Below, piece after piece: positions 58,831-64,000 of a stretch of DNA of 64,000 nt (the first letter of the stretch is position 1; the number at the start of each line of letters is the position of its first letter). The DNA is from Macrostomum lignano (lineage: Eukaryota), in assembly GCA_002269645.1 (NCBI GenBank), contig NIVC01000221.1, forward strand, positions 620,001 through 684,000, given 5' to 3'. The notes under the pieces are model-generated. The model was not told where the DNA came from and did no database searches. It saw nothing but the letters and a program-made list of their open reading frames with translations. The translations under genes were made by a program, and so were the position numbers.

Positions 58831-59389
58831 CACGAAACTTTCAAGCAGATGATGACTTTCTGAGCAGACTTGAGCATATATACACAGCTTCTCTTGTGCA
58901 AATCATTTTATCATGTGTATAAAGCTGATTGTTATTATAACAATGACTAATTAACCTGAGTCCTCTAACCTGTCAATCTGGTTTCCTTGCCAGTTGCCAA
59001 TAGTGTAATATTTTGCTTGTAACAATATCCTGTAGGTAACTTGAATTGTTGTAGAATTTTTCACTTCATAATCGGTTAATTTATGACCCAATCGCACCTG
59101 TCACTGCGAGCAATACATGAGTACATAACTACTAGTATGCTTATTTATTCATATTATTTACTTGTGCATGGAAAATGCATAAACTACTTATAAGTTCTGA
59201 TCATTATCTGATTGTTTATTCACAGAATAATGCTTCTATATTATTTATGTTTCCAGTGGCTATTAAATCTTGTCTGGACTTTTCTGCCTTTGCTTTTTTT
59301 ATAATCGGTTATTGTAGCGAGGGCAAACAACAACACATTGAACCTAAACATTGTTGGCAAACTCCAAACCAACTTGAGGTTTTCTCAGC

Positions 59390-59860
59390 TCTCTTCTCTA
59401 TCCTCTCTCCTTCCCCTTATCTTTTCTCTTATCTTATTCTCATCTCTCCTCTTCTCTCATCTCCTCTCATCTCTCATCTCATCTAATCTTTCCTCTCTCC
59501 TCATCTTTCATCTCCTCTCTCCTCTCATCTCTCATCTCATCTAATCTTTCCCTTTTCCTCATCTTTCATCTCCTCTCTCCTCTCATCTCTCATCTCATCT
59601 AATCTTTCCCTTTTCCTCATCTCTCATCTCCTCTCTTCTCTCGCCTCTCGCCTCTCATCTCTCATCTCTCATCTCATCTTTTCTCTTTCCAATTATCTCT
59701 CTTCTCTCTCTTTTCTCATCTCTTATCTCATATTATCTCTCATCTTATCTTTTTTTCTCTCCTAATCTCTCCTCTCATCTCTCTTATTATCTCTCCTATC
59801 CCATCTCTTCTTTCATACTTCCTTGCCTCTCATCTCATCTCTCACATTCTACCTCTCGCC
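59390..59860. repeat. Polypyrimidine low-complexity tract
   Basis: (ctc/ctcat)-rich sequence almost devoid of G. Confidence 0.85.
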
Positions 59861-60800
59861 TCTGTGCTTTTGTTTTTGGTCTTTGTGTTTCACAGTTGAA
59901 AACAAACATTTTGAAACACACACAGAAATCGGCTACGCAAACGTCGTGCCGAAACAGAATTATTGCTAATAACTTTTTCTTTGTTTTAACAAATCAAACA
60001 GCAGGCGCTAGTTTAAATTGAAGCAGACAGTTAAACAAACATGGCGAGAAGTATTTTAAAAAAATAATCGTTTCAGTATTAAAAGTTTGCGTCAAATCAC
60101 ATCGCAGTTCTGATTCCGTTGCATTTGACAGTTAGGAGGAAAGCAATGCTATAATTGCAGCGCTCTGTGCGCCACTCAAATTCTGCTCAAAGCAAGGTTA
60201 ACTGACGTTGCTATTCAGAACTGATCTCACGCAGAAAGACTCAACAAGAACACGGCAGGGAAAAACGCATTTGACAAGCAGTGAATTTTATCAGCAGCAA
60301 ATCAGATAAAAATTGCTAGGAAATTTATCAAGTGTTACAGGTAGGTTGACTTGAATAATAAACAGGTAAATCATAATTCAAATTCAAATTTAACATAATC
60401 ATAGTAATTATAAAATGATTGAAAATTTATAATATACACAAGGATCTGTGCGATCTATATCTATAACTTGCTAGTTATCATAAAGAATAGAACTACATTT
60501 CATGAAGTGTGCGTCTGACTATATATGCAATCGGGTTTATGGTGCCCTGATTCATAGTTGTGCAGCCGTGCAAAATCCAACCCATCGGCAAACAGACAGG
60601 TGCAATGTGTCACAATTCAACTTTATTGATAAATGAAAATCCAAGTCTTTGTATATGTAAATCTGGTAATTGATGTACCTAAAACTGTAATTGCACAAGG
60701 CTAAAAAGTGTGCATATGACAACTGAAATTTTGGGAAGACAAAGATTTACTAAAACTGTCGTACTTTTATTAATCTCACTTTGAGACACTTGTATTTACC

Positions 60801-62677
60801 GTGAGAGTCATTCACTCATCTACATGCACTCCGAGAGAGTCATTCACTCATCTACATGCACTCCGAGAGATGCATTCACTCAATCACTCTGAGAGATGCA
60901 TTCACTCAATCACTCCGAGAGATGCATTCACTCAATCACTCTGAGAGATGCATTCACTCAATCACTCTAAGAGATGCATTCACTCAATCACTCTAAGAGA
61001 TGCATTCACTCAATCACTCTGAGAGATGCATTCACTCAATCACTCTGAGAGATGCATTCACTCAATCACTCTGAGAGATGCATTCACTCAATCACTCTGA
61101 GAGATGCATTCACTCAATCACTCTAAGAGATGCATTCACTCAATCACTCTGAGAGATGCATTCACTCAATCACTCTGAGAGATGCATTCACTCAATCACT
61201 CTGAGAGATGCATTCACTCAATCACTCTGAGAGATGCATTCACTCAATCACTCTAAGAGATGCATTCACTCAATCACTCTGAGAGATGCATTCACTCAAT
61301 CACTCTAAGAGATGCATTCACTCAATCACTCTGAGAGATGCATTCACTCAATCACTCTGAGAGATGCATTCACTCAATCACTCTGAGAGATGCATTCACT
61401 CAATCACTCTGAGAGATGCATTCACTCAATCACTCTGAGAGATGCATTCACTCAATCACTCTAAGAGATGCATTCACTCAATCACTCTGAGAGATGCATT
61501 CACTCAATCACTCTGAGAGATGCATTCACTCAATCACTCTGAGAGATGCATTCACTCAATCACTCTGAGAGATGCATTCACTCAATCACTCTAAGAGATG
61601 CATTTACTCAATCACTCTGAGAGATGCATTCACTCAATCACTCTGAGAGATGCATTCACTCAATCACTCTGAGAGATGCATTCACTCAATCACTCTGAGA
61701 GATGCATTCACTCAATCACTCTGAGAGATGCATTCACTCAATCACTCTAAGAGATGCATTCACTCAATCACTCTGAGAGATGCATTCACTCAATCACTCT
61801 GAGAGATGCATTCACTCAATCACTCTAAGAGATGCATTCACTCAATCACTCTGAGAGATGCATTCACTCAATCACTCTGAGAGATGCATTCACTCAATCA
61901 CTCTGAGAGATGCATTCACTCAATCACTCTGAGAGATGCATTCACTCAATCACTCTAAGAGATGCATTTACTCAATCACTCTGAGAGATGCATTCACTCA
62001 ATCACTCTGAGAGATGCATTCACTCAATCACTCTGAGAGATGCATTCACTCAATCACTCTGAGAGATGCATTCACTCAATCACTCTGAGAGATGCATTCA
62101 CTCAATCACTCTAAGAGATGCATTCACTCAATCACTCTGAGAGATGCATTCACTCAATCACTCTGAGAGATGCATTCACTCAATCACTCTGAGAGATGCA
62201 TTCACTCAATCACTCTAAGAGATGCATTCACTCAATCACTCTGAGAGATGCATTCACTCAATCACTCTAAGAGATGCATTCACTCAATCACTCTGAGAGA
62301 TGCATTCACTCAATCACTCTGAGAGATGCATTCACTCAATCACTCTGAGAGATGCATTCACTCAATCACTCTGAGAGATGCATTCACTCAATCACTCTAA
62401 GAGATGCATTCACTCAATCACTCTGAGAGATGCATTCACTCAATCACTCTGAGAGATGCATTCACTCAATCACTCTGAGAGATGCATTCACTCAATCACT
62501 CTGAGAGATGCATTCACTCAATCACTCTGAGAGATGCATTCACTCAATCACTCTGAGAGATGCATTCACTCAATCACTCTGAGAGATGCATTCACTCAAT
62601 CACTCTGAGAGATGCATTCACTCAATCACTCTGAGAGATGCATTCACTCAATCACTAGGAGATGCATTCACTCACTC
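60801..62677. repeat. 26-bp near-perfect minisatellite, ~70 copies
   Basis: Unit ctctgagagatgcattcactcaatca; the main variant is ctctaa. Confidence 0.98.
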
Positions 62678-62804
62678 TTTCACCATGTGAGACACATTCA
62701 CTCGCCAAGTAATGAAGGTGAAACTTAATCCGCTGCATTGTCCATGCACAGATAATAGATTAGTATTATTTATTGCAGGCTGCACTCATGATGTCTCCAA
62801 ATGA

Positions 62805-63740
62805 TCACCGGTTCACAGCTGACAGAGGACTCAAAATGCTGCTCGACTTCAGCAGCTCTTCAAGCCTCTCCGAGATGCTCTGCTGGATGAGGTGGATCTG
62901 ATAGGCCAGGTAGAGCACGTAGGCCAGGCACAGAACTATGATGCTGCACCCGACTGCCATGCGATGGTCCGAGACTATGAAAGCCAAGTGCGACTCTGGG
63001 GGGGGTTGGGGGGATTCGCTGGGATTGTAGCCAGGTAGCATACGGGTAGAAAGGGGGCGCTCCCTCTCCTCAGTGGCTGATAGAAATTTTTGGCGCCCAC
63101 TTGCAGTAGCTTTGGCGCCCCCTGCAGTAGCTTTGGCGTCCCCTGCAGTAGCTTTGGCGCCCCCTGCAGTAGCTTTAGCGCCCCCGGCAGTGGCTTTGGC
63201 GCCCCGTCCCAGAAACGGCAAATCGCAGCTAAAAACTCACTGATTATTAAAAATATCTGCAGAAAGAAGTGCGAAAGCTTTGCAAATAGCCTAGCACTGC
63301 CGGTAACTTTTGCCTCTGAGAACTGCTGATGTTGCTGAGGCGGCGGAGGCAGCTGAGGAACTGTGAGCTCTGACTGCTGATGCTCCTGAGTCACAGGTGA
63401 CACAGACTGTGCCGCGGTTGGAGGGTGCAGGCACTCGCCATTGAGGTGCAGATGGCCTCGGTGCTTAACGAGCTGCGGCGGGTGAGCAGGGGACGACTTT
63501 GCACACAGAAATCAAGTTAATGAGGTCGAGCACACAATCGAACTCCCCCCTCCTCTCCCTGGGGACTTTGGCTCGGTTCTTCAGCCCTTTGAAATTAATT
63601 GACAGGTGTAATTTATTGAGAATCTGTGCGAGCTGCCACCCCGCGCTCACCACGGAACCGCCGACCTGGAGGCTGGCCAAGTCGGAGTCGCTCGAGCTTC
63701 GAAAAATCCGTCGGCTCTCCTGGATGCCCGCCACCACGGG
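62805..63740 (-). CDS. 3' end of a gene (start outside the window) encoding a protein with a C-terminal transmembrane segment; exons 63740-63651, 63496-63241, 62995-62805
   Basis: GT-AG junctions join in phase 0 and then phase 1: PVVAGIQESRRIFRSSSDSDLASLQVGGSV|SSPAHPP...LFAKLSHFFLQIFLII|KSHLAFIVSDHRMAVGCSIIVLCLAYVLYLAYQIHLIQQSISERLEELL...AVNR*. Confidence 0.7.
63075..63205. repeat. 21-bp minisatellite inside the last intron of the minus-strand gene
   Basis: Unit gcagtagctttggcgccccct, ~6 copies. Confidence 0.9.
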
Positions 63741-63836
63741 CTGCAAATGCGCGGATTTGTGCGCGCTGCTGATGCGCGGTAATGCCCAGCATTGTACAGC
63801 ACATGGAGAGTGCCTCAGATCACTGTTACACTGGCA

Positions 63837-64000
63837 CTCACCCAGTCACTCACCCAGTCACTCACCCAGTCACTCACCCAGTCACTCACCCAGTCACTCA
63901 CCCAGTCACTCACCCAGTCACTCACCCAGTCACTCACCCAATCACTCACCCAGTCATCACCCAGTCACTCACCTAGTCACTCACCCAGTCACTCACCTAG
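63837..64000. repeat. 12-bp minisatellite (CCCAGTCACTCA)n running off the window
   Basis: Direct tandem repeat; the minus strand reads GGTGAGTGACTG. Confidence 0.95.

Overview
This is eukaryotic, intron-rich animal DNA, not prokaryotic. The minisatellite-filled introns suggest a free-living flatworm such as Macrostomum, but that is inference only. I reconstructed genes by hand from GT-AG junctions with consistent intron phases. (1) A 10-exon DENND4/Crag-type Rab GEF (+, 36411-57103, 1723 aa). (2) An 8-exon NWD1/2-like NACHT-WD40 (STAND) gene (+, 15460-23475, 2035 aa) whose last exon, missed by the ORF track, adds a DYDC-like Dpy-30 dimerisation/docking motif. (3) A 2-exon secreted WSC-PAN/Apple protein (-). 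(4) A probable PHD-finger gene (-). (5) The 3' end of a membrane-anchored protein gene (-). Mobile DNA comprises a young 5'-truncated RTE LINE with a 10-bp TSD and an open RT frame, lying behind a CCAAT-CCAAT-TATA promoter; a near-intact Chapaev3-type DNA transposon; a Penelope-like element with an inverted pLTR carrying a hammerhead ribozyme core; mariner, hAT and I/Loa-type LINE remnants; and tRNA-derived SINEs. Every DENND4 intron holds a different minisatellite, and several arrays in the window are built from 5' splice-site-like units. Most long low-complexity ORFs in the track are repeat artefacts.
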